Source: Eledone cirrhosa | Lineage: Eukaryota | DNA: 64,000 bases | Assembly (NCBI GenBank): GCA_964016885.1 | Contig: OZ024740.1 | Location: 307,830,001-307,894,000, forward strand | Direction of reading: 5' to 3' | Shown: piece after piece, positions 51,772-64,000 of the stretch | Layout of the letters: every line of letters starts with the position of its first letter | Numbering within the stretch: the first letter of the stretch is position 1 | The notes under the pieces: generated by a model | Database searches by the model: none | What the model was told of the DNA's origin: nothing | The model's input: the letters and a program-made list of their open reading frames with translations, nothing else | Made by a program: the position numbers and the translations under genes

Positions 51772-52213
51772 TGTTATACTTTGGGAGGGTCATGTTGCCA
51801 ATAAGAAACACACGCACCAGTTGCTTTCACTTCAATTTATTATATATTTATAAATTTATAAATTTACAAATTTATAAATTTCTAGTTGGTTGGTTGGTTC
51901 CACAACCAGATAGTTGTTTATATATAGTCATAGTTCTTTCATCACACACTCTGTGACCTCTTCAGTGACTGGGGATTCCTTTCTTTGTTTCTGTGCCTCT
52001 CCTTTGTTCTGTCCTACGCCATTTTGTTTCTGTGTGTGTGTTGTGTGCTCAGTCTGCGCATGCGCCACATTTATAAATATATAATAAATTGAAGTGAAAG
52101 CAACTGGTGCGTGTGTTTCTTATTGGCAACATGATCCTCCCAAAGTATAACAATATCGGTTTCAACACACGATTTCAGATAAAGAATCTTGCTAAACAAA
52201 TTCAGAAACGAAA
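51770..52213 (+). mobile_element. fold-back element (family shared with 14192-14492)
   Basis: ~86-bp inverted arms 51770-51855 / 52069-52154, tail ATCGGTTTCAACACACG..., (TA)n flanks. Confidence 0.75.
51926..51970 (-). ncRNA. minimal type I hammerhead ribozyme
   Basis: AGTCA-CTGAAGA-GGTCACA gagtg TGTGAT-GAAA-G aa CTA-TGACT; perfect 5-bp stem I, CUA cleavage triplet. Confidence 0.75.
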
Positions 52214-52223
52214 TATATATATT

Positions 52224-52276
<53 letters not shown>

Positions 52277-52295
52277 ATTTATATATATATATATT

Positions 52296-52328
<33 letters not shown>

Positions 52329-52329
52329 A

Positions 52330-52495
52330 TAGTATAAATAAAGTTTCATACACTTAACATACATGTTTAATACACTTAATACAGTTTAATACATTTAACA
52401 TACATGTTAAGTGTATAAACTGTTTGTACTAAATAAACTCTATTGTAGTAGATTGAGCATTATTTTCTTTGATCGTTTATCTACAGACATCCTGC
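52330..52495 (+). mobile_element. small fold-back element
   Basis: Arms 52330-52360 / 52404-52431 (GTTTCATACACTTAACAT / ATGTTAAGTGTATAAAC) plus tail. Confidence 0.5.
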
Positions 52496-52686
52496 ATATA
52501 CATATGTATAGGCAGTCGATTGACTTTTGTCAAATCGGACCGAGGAAACAATGCTTCCATTAGTCTTTCCAATTGCTAATACTATCTATCGGTCGCAACT
52601 CCAGGTAGAAGGAGCAACGTGAAATAAAGTGTCTTGCTCAAGGACATAACGCATCACCTGGTCCACTCCGCCATACACCTTCACTC

Positions 52687-52783
<97 letters not shown>

Positions 52784-52846
52784 TATACATATGTATATGT
52801 ATATGTATATATATATATATTTATATATAATATATATAAATAATAT

Positions 52847-53237
52847 AGAGAAGACCCGCCTTACCTAAATACAAAGTAAAACCTACTACAGTCAGTAGGC
52901 ACCTCTAACAAAATACACCCCGTCCCACTACCCCCACCCCATCCACACTGCCCCTTTCAATGTAAAGTTATGTTGGTACCACAACATCCAGGCCGAAACA
53001 AATGAGGTCGTGTAGGTGTCACGACAAAAAAACACACAGTCCATGCTGTAATGTGGCTGTGTAGGTAACACGGTAAAAACCTCCCAGTTCCACACTGTAA
53101 ATGTGGTTGGTGTTAGGAAGGGCATCCAGCCATAGAAAACCCGCCAGACAGTCCTATGCAAGCAAGACAACCACTCTTGACTCAAGTGGGAAAACTCCCG
53201 TCCAAACCCATGCAAGCGTGGAATATGGACGTTAAAC

Positions 53238-53277
<40 letters not shown>
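52847..53277 (+). mobile_element. RTE 3' UTR fragment, tail-to-tail with the full-length copy
   Basis: Matches copy A 30009-30535; (GAT)n tail. Confidence 0.9.
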
Positions 53278-53279
<2 letters not shown>

Positions 53280-53287
53280 TATATATA

Positions 53288-56200
53288 TCATCATCATCAT
53301 CATCATCAACGTTTAACGTCCGTGTTCCACGCTTGCATGGGTTTGGACGGGGGTAGTCCCACTTGAGGCAAGAGTGATTGTCTTGCTCGCATAGGACTGT
53401 CTGGCAGGTTTTCTACAGTTGGATGCCCTTCCTAACACCAACCACATTTACAGTGTGGGTCTGGGAGGTTTTTACCGTGTTGCCTACACGGCCACATTAC
53501 AGCGTGGACTGTGTGTTTTTTTGTCGTGACACCTACACGATCTCATTTGTTTCGGCCTGGATGGCGCGGCACCAACATAACTTTACATAGAACGGGGTGG
53601 TGTGGATGGGGTGGGGGTGGTGGCGGGACGGGGTGTAGTTTGTTAGAGATGCCTACTGGCAAGGCGGGTCTTCTCTGTTACTGAGTACCGCCAAAGGTCA
53701 CGGTCCAGTGACATTGTCTTGGAGAGGTGTAAGTGTGTGAGGTCGGAGTTTATCAGCTCATCCCATGTTTTTCTAGGTCTGCCTATTCCGTGGCTACCGT
53801 CTATCTTTATTGCCCTGCACTTTGTAATACAGCTATCGACTTTCATGCGCATCACGTGTCCATACCAACGCAGCCTTCTCTCGAGTAAACAACATCTGAT
53901 CCCTCTTATCTCTAATTTTTTCCTTAGTTCGTTTATGCTTTGCCGTTCACGTATATTACTGTTACACATCCAGCGGAGCATGCAAGCTTCGTTCCTCTCT
54001 AGTCTGCGTATATCCTCTGCACACAATGCCCAGGTCTCACTACCATGCAACATTGCTGTTCGTATGCAGGCATCGTACAACCTGCCTTTCATTTTTAGGG
54101 AGAACCCTTTAGCAGCTAATAGTGGTATAAGCTCTCTGAACTTTTTCCAACCAGTTCTGACTCTAGCTACAGTACTTTCAGAGCACCCTCCCCCACTGCT
54201 GATTTTATCGCCCAGGTAACGGAAGCTGTCCACTATTTCTATAGAACCCTCTGCGCAATTGAAAGAGCTAGTATTTTGTGGGCACTTGCTGCTACTTATT
54301 GCACCAGAACACCGGCCACATGTAAAGTCTATGTTCTTAGTTAGCTTACCTGTGATCCCACTACATCTTTTATGCACCCATACTTTGCATTTAGGACATA
54401 AGATGGAGTTTCTACCTACGCCTTTCCTACATACCGAGCACGACCATTTCCCAGAAGGGACCGCCGCCTTGTTTTCTTTCCTACAAACTAGAACTTTGGT
54501 CTTAGCCAGGTTAATTTTAAGTCCTTTTGACTCTAGGCCGTGCTTCCATGTTTGGAATTTCTTCTCTAGCTCGGCCATTGATTCCGCTATGAGTGTCAGG
54601 TCGTCTGCGTATAGGAGTTCCCATGGGCAGCCTGTCTTGAACTCCTCTGTTATAGCCTGAAGGGCAATAATAAATAGTAGGGGGCTGAGAACAGAGCCCT
54701 GATGGACGCCAACTTTTACGCTAAACTCTTCACTATATTCGTTGTTAATTCTAACCTTGCTGACTGTTTCTTTATACATGGCTTGTATAGCCCTCACAAG
54801 CCATTCGTCAACGCCTAGTTTTCTAAGAGCCCACCAGATAATGGAGCGGGGGACTCTGTCGAAGGCTTTCTCCAGGTCGACAAAAGCTAAGTAGAGGGGT
54901 TTACCTTTAGCTAGGTACTTCTCCTGTAGTTGTCGTACTATAAAAAGAGCGTCTGTGGTGCTTTTGCCTGACACAAACCCGAACTGCATTTCATCTAGAT
55001 CAATTCTCTCTCTGATTAGTTGCGCTATTACTTTTTCCGTGACCTTCATGACCTGGTCGATTAATTTAATGCCTCTATAGTTACTCCTATCTAGGGCGTC
55101 TCCTTTACCCTTATAACAGTTAACGATGATGCTGCTATGCCAGTCCTTCGGAACAACCCCATTCTGTACGACTTGGTTAACTATGCGGGTGACCATGGTG
55201 TGTCCCACCGTGCCAGATGCCTTCAGCATCTCAGCAACTATTTCCGAAGGCCCAGCCGCCTTACCAGTCTTCATATCCTTGATTGCCTTACTTATTATAC
55301 TCCCCTCGACTAACACTGCTGGTCCCTCTATCGGGTCGATATGGGGGAGACTGTCTTTCTCCCATTTATTCTCCTCATTTAGTAGCCTTTCATAGTGACA
55401 CTTCCAAGCTACCTTCTTATCAGTGTCGGTGATGGCAAGTATGCCATCATCGTTAAGTACACACTTCTCCCCGACAATATCACGGTTTTCCTTGACGCAT
55501 TGCCTGGCAATCCTGAACACCTCACGTTTTTGGTCATCGCGTTGTAGAACATGCTTGAACTTTCTTTCCTCAGCTTCCCTTCTTGCTAAGTACACTTCTC
55601 TCCTAGCTTCCCTCCTGGCCACTTGATAGTCTACTCTACTTCCCCCATCCCGCCATACTTTCCAAGCCTGCTTTTTGGCCTTAATTGACCCCTCCACCCT
55701 ATTGTTCCACCACCATGTTACTCTCCTCCTGCCTACAGGCCTGCTCCAGCCACAGACTTCGTCTGTCGCCAACAGCAGGTTTGCTTTCAGAAATTTCCAC
55801 TGTCCCTCTATATTGTCCGATTCTAGATGCTCTTCCTTACTGTCGAAAGCATCAAGTAATATGCTTTGAAATTTATTTCTGGCTGTGGGGTCCTTTAGTT
55901 TCCATATTTTCCTCCTGAGGATAGTCCTCTTCTGCTGTCGGGTACGTCTCGTCCTGACTATGAGGTCGCTAATTATCAGTCTATGTTGGGAGGTGCATTC
56001 TTCATGGGGGAGGGATTTAGTGTTTACAACAGACACTCTGTCACGTCTTCTGGTAAGGATATAATCTACCTGGCTTGTGTGTTCCCCGGATCTATAGGTA
56101 ATCAGGTGATTGTCACGTTTTTTGAAGTTAGTGTTACAGATAGTTAGGTTATTTGCATCACAGTATTCCAGAATTCTGGAGCCTTCCTCATTTCTAGTAC

Positions 56201-57343
56201 CAAACCCATAGCCTCCATGGATTTCGTCGTAGCCGTCACAATGTTGTCCAACGTGACCATTTAGGTCGCCTGCAATAATTATATAGTCACTGTCAGATAT
56301 TTGGGAGGTAGTTAGCAACAGTGTCTCATAGAATCTGTCTATAGGGCAGTCCGGATTGGGGTGCGTACGCAGATATTACTGTCACCGTAGTTCTATTGAG
56401 GACAAGTCTTATTTTAATTATTCTGTCGTTCACTCTATTTACGTCTATTATCTTATCTGCCCACTTTTCTGCTACCATGATTCCTACTCCACCCAGCCCA
56501 TCGTCGTTTCCCACCCAGAAAAGCTTATAACATCGTTTTTTACCCTCAATGAATCTAGCAGACCCACCCCTCCACCTGGTCTCTTGAATACAACAAACAT
56601 CGACCTCCTTACGTTCAAGCATTTCTACAACCTCGTTAGCGCGACCCTTTAGGGTGCCTACATTTATGGTACCAACTCTGAAGTTTTGGGTTGCGTTTGG
56701 AGGGTGGGGGTGGTGGGGGGCGGGAGGAGATAGGGTTATGTTAGCCATCCGCGGACGAAACAAAGAGGAGTGCTCGCATTTTCGTCCACGAGGTGAATTT
56801 GACTTTAACTTTGGCATTTTCGCTCTGGGCGTCCAGATTTTTCTCTCCCTTCCACTCTCCAGGATTCCGCAGTCCGTCCGTCCATCCATCCATCCATCAT
56901 ATATCGAAGGCAACCGGGCAAGCGATAGTATAGGCCTCTGGCTTATGATTTGGTCCGCGTAATAATAATAATGGTGATGCGTGGGGGTGGGGGTGGGGGG
57001 CTCTGGCTTATAATAATGGTGGTGATGCGGGGGGGGGGGCTCTGGCTTATGATTGGTCCACGTATTAAGTATGGTGGCGTGTGGGGGCGGGAGGGAGGGG
57101 TGTGGGGTAGCTAGCTGGAAGGTTATGAATGTTTAACAAGCGATTTAACAAAAAGCAAAACTGCAAGATTTGTTCTGTTCAATACGACAAAAACACCGTA
57201 TTTAAACCTTAAATAGATAACAAAAAAATACAGATTTCGGATTTTGCGAAATTGGATGTTTGTTTGGACTATGTACGAAATTGAGCGTGGAAATGGAGAG
57301 AAGAATTTGTACTTTACGATTTACATGAGTCCATCATAGAAAA
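53288..57343 (-). mobile_element. near-intact full-length RTE LINE (copy B)
   Basis: 5' UTR, APE-RT ORF, 3' UTR with GTTAGGAAGGGCATCC module, (GAT)n tail, (TA)n on both sides. Confidence 0.95.
53643..56913 (-). CDS. RTE polyprotein: APE endonuclease + RT + PHD-type finger, split by one frameshift near 56340
   Basis: GTINVGTL..CIQETRW..SAYAPQ (ORF 56326..56913) continues as GDLNGHVG..SQVDYIL..SQHRL..FVDLEKAFD..HQGSVLSP..YADD..GRPRKTW (ORF 53643..56318). The true start codon is uncertain. Confidence 0.9.
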
Positions 57344-57370
57344 TATATATATATATATATATATATATAA

Positions 57371-57577
57371 CGAAGGAAATGTGGTAAGGAACCAGATGGA
57401 CCATAACGCACCAAAGTACTCAATACTTAGGGTAGTAGAGTGGGTAATAGGAACGAGTAGGACCCCGACGGCTGAGCTCAAGCCGTTTCGACGGCTAATT
57501 CTGGACTAAATGATTTAGTCCAGAATTAGCCATCGAAACGGCTTGAGCTCAGCCGTCGGGGTCCTACTCGTTCCTAT
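57371..57577 (-). mobile_element. fold-back element in (TA)n
   Basis: 131-bp palindrome 57447-57577 (65-bp arms, one mismatch, centre 57512) plus a 76-bp tail. Confidence 0.8.
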
Positions 57578-57594
57578 ATATATATATATATATG

Positions 57595-58540
57595 TCATCA
57601 TCATCATCATTGTTTTATGTCCATTTTTCCATGCTTGCATGGGTTGGATGGGTCCTTCTCAGTACAACATCTCTCCACACGTTGCAATCCTTTGTCATCA
57701 CCTCTTAAGTCTCAGTGATTTGAAGGTCTTTCTTGGTTTACCTCTACCGCATTTCCTGGCACACCTTCACCCAACAATGATTGTCCATGTGCATCACATG
57801 TCCATACCAATGCACTCTTCTCTCCTGTACACTACCTCATACTCCTCTTAAACCCAGCTTCTTCCTCAACTTGTCCAAGCTCTCCTTTTCTCTCACACTT
57901 ACATTGCACATCCAACGGAGTATAGTGTATCATCATCATCGTGTTTACGTTCGCTTTTCCATGCTTGCATGGGTTGGACGGGTCCTTCTCAGCACACTAT
58001 TTCTCCACTTGTCACATTCCTTCATCATCTACTCTGCCTGTCTTAGCAATTTGAGGTCCACTCTCATAACCTATGTTCCATCAATTTGCTGTGAACATGT
58101 ATGCAAAAGTAGAGGCAGAACGATTAGCATTCATAAGATCCCACTAGAAAGAATTACAAAAGTTTTCTCCTTACGTACAAAAGAATGACTGTATGATGCC
58201 TGTGTGTGAAGTATGATGCAGTATGATAGTGAAGCATGGGCTGTGACTACGGAGGACATGTGTAGACTGGAGAGAAATGAAGCAAGCATGCTTCATTGGA
58301 TATGCTATGCAAATGTGAGAGAAAAACAGATCTTGGATGAGCTGAGGGAGAAGCTAGGTTTAAAAGGAATTCAAAGTGGTGTGAAGGAGAGAAAACTGCG
58401 TTAGAATAGGCATGTGATGTACATAGATGATGATTGATGGGTGATAAATGCCAGGAAATACAAGTGAAAGGAAGCCACAGTAGAGGTAGACCAAGAAAGA
58501 CCTGGGAAGAGATGGTGAGAGCTGATCTCTATAGTTACTC
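57595..58540. mobile_element. cluster of old RTE 3' fragments in both orientations
   Basis: (CAT)n tails at ~57595 and ~57930; ORF 58213..58404 SEAWAV..DMCRLERNEASMLHWIC. Confidence 0.75.
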
Positions 58541-58549
58541 ACAGTAACC

Positions 58550-59570
58550 ATGAATGCCATCTTCTGGAGTTCCAGTTAAGCAATCTTTTACTCTGTGTAT
58601 TGATGTCATCCCTACTTATAGTAACTAGATCTTGGTTGTGTACTTCTTTAAGCTGTCTTTAGATATCATTAATCCACTCAATGTTTACATTGTGGTTCAC
58701 AGGTGTTCCCCATAGGTTGCTCCAGAAAGTCATAGTTTCATGTTGGTCAGGTGGTAAATCTTAAGCACTATCACCTGTTAGGCTTTAAAAATTTCCTTTT
58801 GACTACTTTCAAATAATCTGTTCTGTTGGAACTAAAATATTCTTTGTGTATATTGTTGGATTTTTACACTCTGCAATAATTCCTTGTTTCACCTGCTCCA
58901 TAACCATATATTGGTCTAGTCCTCTAAACCAGTATTTTCTGTTCAGCCTTTCTTTCTCCTCTTTCTTCCTTTTCTCCACACACCTCTATGCCAACCACCA
59001 ATACTGCAGAGGTCTTTAACCCTTCAGCATTTACATTACTCTATATATATTACAGTATTTTTGCAGTAAAGGCTTTACCTCACATAATTATCTCACATAA
59101 TCTATGAGATTTTGATGTTATTTATTTTAAGAAAAATACCTTAACATAGGTATGAGTGGCTGGTTATGGCTGGTTTGAACAGAAAGAGGTGAGAGAATTC
59201 TGGCCGGAATCAGGTGGTTTAAATGATAAAGGGTTAAACAGTGTTTTGATGTCATTTTCTGCCTTTCATTTCCACCAGGATTACATAACTTTGACTTTTT
59301 GTTTTACCATGGTCTGAAGTCTATTGTTTCTCTGATGATGCCTGCTGTTGCCTGTTAAGGATATCTTCCTTCAGTTATATCCTGAGTTACTGGGACTGCT
59401 ATGATGTTTATGGCAGTTATTCACTGCTTTGCATTCAGTTCTGTCTTTAGGTTGGCTCTTACTCTCCTGACACATTCTTTTTTTTATATTTTTTATTTTA
59501 GTGTAGCATGTTGTATACTGGTTTTATCATTAATCCATAGGACCTTGTAGATTCCATTCTGATCTAAGTC
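58550..59570 (-). mobile_element. decayed R4/Dong-like non-LTR retrotransposon
   Basis: Minus-strand QNRLFE...TFWSNLWGTPVNHNVNIEWI...LLNW resembles the pre-RT region of this clade. Confidence 0.55.
59016..59237. mobile_element. piggyBac-like MITE
   Basis: TTAA-CCCTTCAGCATTTA ... TAAATGATAAAGGG-TTAA. Confidence 0.8.
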
Positions 59571-59654
59571 TTTGATTATTTGATTGTTATTGTTATTGTT
59601 GATATTAAAAATAAAGAAATCATTATTATTATTATTATTATCATTGACAACATA

Positions 59655-59965
59655 CTTTGCAACATAGAGTTATGGCCCTTTATGTTCTGAGTTCAAATCC
59701 CGTCGAGGTTAGCTTCGCCTTTCAGCCTTACGGGGGTCGATAAAATAAAGCACCAGTAACGTACTGGGTTGATGTAATTGACTTTCGCCTCCCCCCAAAT
59801 TACTGGCCTTGTTTCTATATTAGAAATCATTTGGGCAGTGGTTTGGCTGTATCAGTAGAGTGTCAGACACCATGCTTTGCTGCATAGAGTTATGACCCTT
59901 TACGTTCAATGTAAGCAACTTAATCCCCTCAGCAAATTGTTGGCCTTGTACCTAAATTAGAAATC
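59655..59965 (+). mobile_element. two partial family B SINEs
   Basis: GAGTTCAAATCCC...GCCTTTCAGCCTTACGGGGGTCGATAAAATAAAG; second head GGGCAGTGGTTTGGC at ~59833. Confidence 0.7.
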
Positions 59966-60154
59966 ATCATCACCATTATCATCATCATCACCATCGTCAT
60001 CATCACCATCATCATCCTCAGCAGCCACATCATCATCATCATCATCACCACCTTCATCACCATCCCTATCATCACCATCATCATCACCACTATCATCACC
60101 ATCATCATCATCATCATCACCATTATTATAATCATCGCTATCACCCCCATCATT

Positions 60155-60203
<49 letters not shown>

Positions 60204-60270
60204 CCATCATCATAATCATCATAATCATCATAATCATCATAATCATCATCATCATCATCAGCATTATCAT
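59964..60270. repeat. (CAT)n imperfect microsatellite
   Basis: Read directly from sequence. Confidence 0.95.
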
Positions 60271-60781
60271 TATTTTTGTTGTCTGTTCTGCTTTATCGTG
60301 TTTTATGCTTGTTTGAATGTTGGTTAGTTTCCTGTTCTAAACATTCAGATACCGCTACTCCTAAGTCAAGGTAATATAATTGCCAATGCTTCCTCTCTAC
60401 ACGTTCCTGTTCTCACATCCTTGAGAGAATCAAATAAACGAAACAAAATAAATAAACAAACAACATAAAACATTAAACAAAGAACAAAACTGCCCATTAC
60501 TCTCTTATTGATAGGCAGCCATTTTCTTTTCAGTTGTGTTTGATGTCAACCTCTTTTCCTCACCTCATCTCACCTTTAGTCATTCACTGTCTATGTTTAC
60601 TTATGCATTGGTAATAATCTTACCCTAATATACATAAATTGTTTCCTTGCTCTGTAATTAAAATAATCTGCTGGCCTGGATGTGTTTACTGAACTATCCA
60701 AATTTCTGTGAGAGACAGAATATGTCACAAAGTTGACTAATATCCATGTACTGTCTGATATCTTATATGGTGGAGATAGTG

Positions 60782-61180
60782 TTAGTGGTCGCTGTAGTGA
60801 TGTTGGTGGTGGTTGTTTATGGTGGTAGTGGTGGTGGTGATGGTAGTAGTGGTGGTGGTGGTGGTTGCTTCTGGGGGTAGTGGTGGTGACAGTGATGGTG
60901 GTAGTGGTGGTGGCAGTGATGAGGATGGCAATGTTGATGGCGGTGATGGTGATGGTGAGGATAGTAGTAGTGGTTGCTTATAGAGGTAATGGTGGTGGTG
61001 GCAGCGATGGTGATGGAAGTGTTGATAGTAACGGTGGTGATGATTGTGGTAGTGGTGGTGATGGTGATGATGGTAGTGATAGTGGTGGTAGTGGATGTGG
61101 TGGTGGTAGTAGTAGTGATGGCTACTGTGGTTGTAATAGCGGTGATGGTGGTGGTTGTAATAGTAATGAAGTGGTGTTGA
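60782..61180. repeat. (GGT/GAT/AGT)n low-complexity trinucleotide tract
   Basis: Read directly from sequence. Confidence 0.9.
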
Positions 61181-61499
61181 TGTTGCATGCATATTAGTGT
61201 ATATGTCTGTGTTTGTATGTGTTTCTGTATAGGAAAGTAACAAGCCTAGGTTATAATCAGTGAAGCATCAAGCCTCCTCCCCTCCACTTCATTTCCAATC
61301 ACCACTGACTTGGAAACATAAACTCCAGTAATATCTCATTGTTTACTATGCATCTTTCTTGAATATATTTTATCATAAATTACTCACAACCTTATCATTA
61401 TCTCCTGAGTTAAGATTAAGTAGATATGGTAATTTAGGTGGAGAAATGAGAAGTTGAGCAAAAATGGAAGTTCACATGGTCAAATTGCTATATTATTTG

Positions 61500-61870
61500 A
61501 TGGAATCTGTAGAATTGAAGACAAAATACTTTGTGGATTTTTTTTTTTTCTGTCCCTCAAGACCACAGTGTGGTTGGAAAGAAAACGAAAAAGACCAATA
61601 AGTATGCAGATCTTGCAGGCATTACTATAACTGAGAACCATGTAGAGACAGAAGTCATGCCAATTGTCATTGGGGAACTAGGCATGGTCCCTAAATGCTT
61701 CATGTCTTTCATCAAAAGCCTTGGGATCCTCAACTTCAAAGGCAATGCCCAAATTTCTACCATCTGCCAGAATCATGCTCAATATTTCTGAGATCAGGGG
61801 CTAATCTAAGGCCAATTAACATGCTTCACCTAGCAACCTATTGCTAGAGAAACCTTACAAAAGGAAAAAT
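61500..61870 (+). mobile_element. R4/Dong-like RLE 3' fragment
   Basis: ORF 61531..61791 KTNKYADLA...VMPIVIGELGMVPK. Confidence 0.65.
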
Positions 61871-61899
61871 TATTATTATTATTATTATTATTGTTATTG

Positions 61900-62410
61900 T
61901 TATTGTTGTGTTATTTCGTTTAGATCGGTTCTGTTTCTCCATTGCCGGGTTCAGGCTTTGAACCTAGGACAATAGACATTTTCTTTGTAGAGAGAGATCT
62001 CATCTAAGAATGTGTGGTGTTCCTAGTAGACTGATCTTTTGTAGCTCATATTTGCTGATCTTGCAGGGAAGGATGCTATGGTGCAGGTCTGATGTTTTAG
62101 GTTTTAATCCTAATGCTCCTACAACCACAGGGATAGTGTTTGTGATCATCCTCCACATGCGGCTGATCTCTATTTCCAGGTGTTTGTATTTTGACAGTTT
62201 TTCCATTGTTTTTACAGATGTATTCTTGTCAGCAAGTACGGAAATGTCTATAACGCTACATGTCTCATCTGTTTTGTTTTTTATGATGATATCTGGTGTG
62301 TTGGCAGTGATTTCTCAGTCAGTTATCACAGGCAAATCCCACAAGATGGATATGTTGCCCTTTTCCTTGACTGTTTTTGGTTGATGTTCATACCATTTGT
62401 CAGAAGTTTA
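61900..62410 (-). mobile_element. R4/Dong-like RLE 3' fragment
   Basis: WYEHQPK..ILWD..ANTPDIII..IDISV..EKLSKYKHLEIEISRMW..IPVVVGALG..LQKISLLGTPHILR; ends at a (TAA)n-like tract. Confidence 0.8.
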
Positions 62411-62459
62411 GATGTCATGAGAGTGAATGTTTTACTCAAATAAATCAGAATTTTTGTCC

Positions 62460-62665
62460 TTAAGGTTGTGTCACAACTTGTTTCCTTAGAGCTCATTGAC
62501 CTTTTTGATCAATGCTGTCTTTCAGGAATCTTTCTATTCTGTTGGAAACAGTCCCTAACCCACCAATAGCAATGGGGGTTTCTTTTGCAGTGACATTCCC
62601 CAATTTCCTTATCTCCCTAGCAAGATCCTCTTACTTTTCAATCTTTTCCAGCTTCTTGTTCAAGT
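62460..62665 (-). mobile_element. R4/Dong-like RLE fragment
   Basis: EKIEK.EDLAREIRKL..PIAIGGLGTVS. Confidence 0.6.
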
Positions 62666-62726
62666 TTAGGGGTCAAATTTATGTTTGTTTTTGAAACACG
62701 CCCCTCAATTTTCTACAAAAATTAAG

Positions 62727-63678
62727 ATGGCGGACAAAAATATTGCATCCGCTAAACGGAATGGCAGACTGTCCATAGAGTGGAACAGCCAAAATTCTGA
62801 AAACAATAACAGCAGCAGTAGTAGCAGCAGCAGCAGCGACCAAAATTCATCTGGTGAAAAGAAAGCGGACTTTCCAGCTCTGCCAAGGTTTACCATGCTG
62901 AATGGTGCCACCCCCACCACAACGTTGGTAGGTGCGGCCAACACCACAGAAACAACGGAAACTAAAAACAAAATGAACACACACGACAGCAACAACATAA
63001 ATTACTACCAACAAGACCATCACCACCACCACTACCACAGCAACAACTGAAACAAAATATAATAATAACAAGAACAACAATAACAACAACAGCAACAACA
63101 GCAACAATGAGAATAACAACAACACCAGCATCAGTGCAAAACCAAATATGTCTTTTGTGAAAGCGGTGAACAAGAACAAAACGATCGAGGTAAGCCAGGA
63201 ACAACTGAATGAGGCCTGGCGAATGGTGAAGACAAATGGCAACAGGGTCAGCCTCACTCCCCCATCAAACACCATGCAACATCAGCAGCTATGTATGGTA
63301 TCATACTGTACAATTAGCACAAAAACACGCCGAGTGGAGCAGGCATCCGAGTCCCAGTTCCAAAAGGCTTTGGGAGATGTGTGGGCTCAGAAAACCCACA
63401 TCATACGTGGACAAAGATATGGTACAATGGAAGTGTTCTTTGGAACCCCACAGGAAGCCAGAAAGCACTCCATGGCTCCACTAAAGAGTGACGACCTCAC
63501 ACTAATCCCAAGTTACTGCAGACAAAGGCTCGTGAGAGTAAAAGCAACCCAGGTACCGCTGGCCATTGAAATTCCCTGGCTGATGGCTGCTGTCCTTGCT
63601 GACATTGAGGACAACACAAAGGTCATCAAGGTGATAAGAATAAAGCAGGACAACTGGTCCAGATCTGGAATAGGATGA
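62727..63678 (+). pseudogene. possible ORF1 (gag-like) of an L1/Tx1-type LINE, frameshifted
   Basis: AAGATGGCGG start, N/S/T-rich linker, then SFVKAV...MEVFF...RVKATQVPLAIEIPWLMAAVL...VIKVIRI, resembling ORF1 RRM-type domains; the two ORFs are in different frames. Confidence 0.45.
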
Positions 63679-64000
63679 AAGCCATTTGATGGGCCCGAGT
63701 GGCAGAGGCACATTGTGGCAACAAAGCCACAATCCGGCACAATGAATAAATCACCTGGTTTGGATGGTCTTCCCCCTACGAGCTTTACATACACATACCA
63801 GACTTGTTCGGTGACCTCTTGGCAGACGTCTACTGCAACTGGTAGCAGAACGGGAGAATCCCAGCTCTGTGAGCCAAGAAGCAGTGGCACTGCTGAGAAA
63901 GGACCTGAACAAGGATTAACTTTCTCAAATTTCATTTGAAAAGGAAAATCAGGGTGGAGAGAAATGCTCCCTTCCCAGCAATTTGTTGAAAGATGGGTGA

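Noticed and set aside
53719-56962. Plus-strand ORFs overlapping the RTE
   Set aside because: Antisense shadows of the RTE coding sequence, mirrored in copy A.

Overview
This window is AT-rich, repeat-saturated eukaryotic DNA. The SINE types, (TA)n-associated RTE LINEs and microsatellite load suggest an octopod or other cephalopod genome; that is inferred from repeat content and was not verified. I could not call any host protein-coding gene with confidence, and almost all short ORFs in the track are microsatellite or antisense artefacts. Recognisable content: a nearly intact RTE LINE (53.3-57.3 kb; APE + RT + a PHD-type Cys4-His-Cys3 finger; one frameshift) plus a truncated sister copy; a full-length DD34E Tc1 element with IR/DR ends; decayed Gypsy, mariner, CRE-like, R4/Dong-like and L1/Tx1-like fragments; two tRNA-derived SINE families; hAT, piggyBac and Tc1 MITEs; Helitron-like ends; a 48-bp minisatellite; and a ~7.7-kb 31-bp satellite. 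The most notable signal is about ten short fold-back elements (inverted arm + arm + unique 3' tail), mostly in (TA)n tracts. Several carry type I hammerhead ribozyme motifs, and several fold back at what looks like hammerhead stem II, matching Penelope-like pLTR architecture. One of their 3' tails is also found on a tRNA/CORE SINE. A TSD-flanked chimera of a 28S rRNA fragment and a SINE sits inside the satellite. All alignments and folds were done by eye, and boundaries of decayed elements are approximate.
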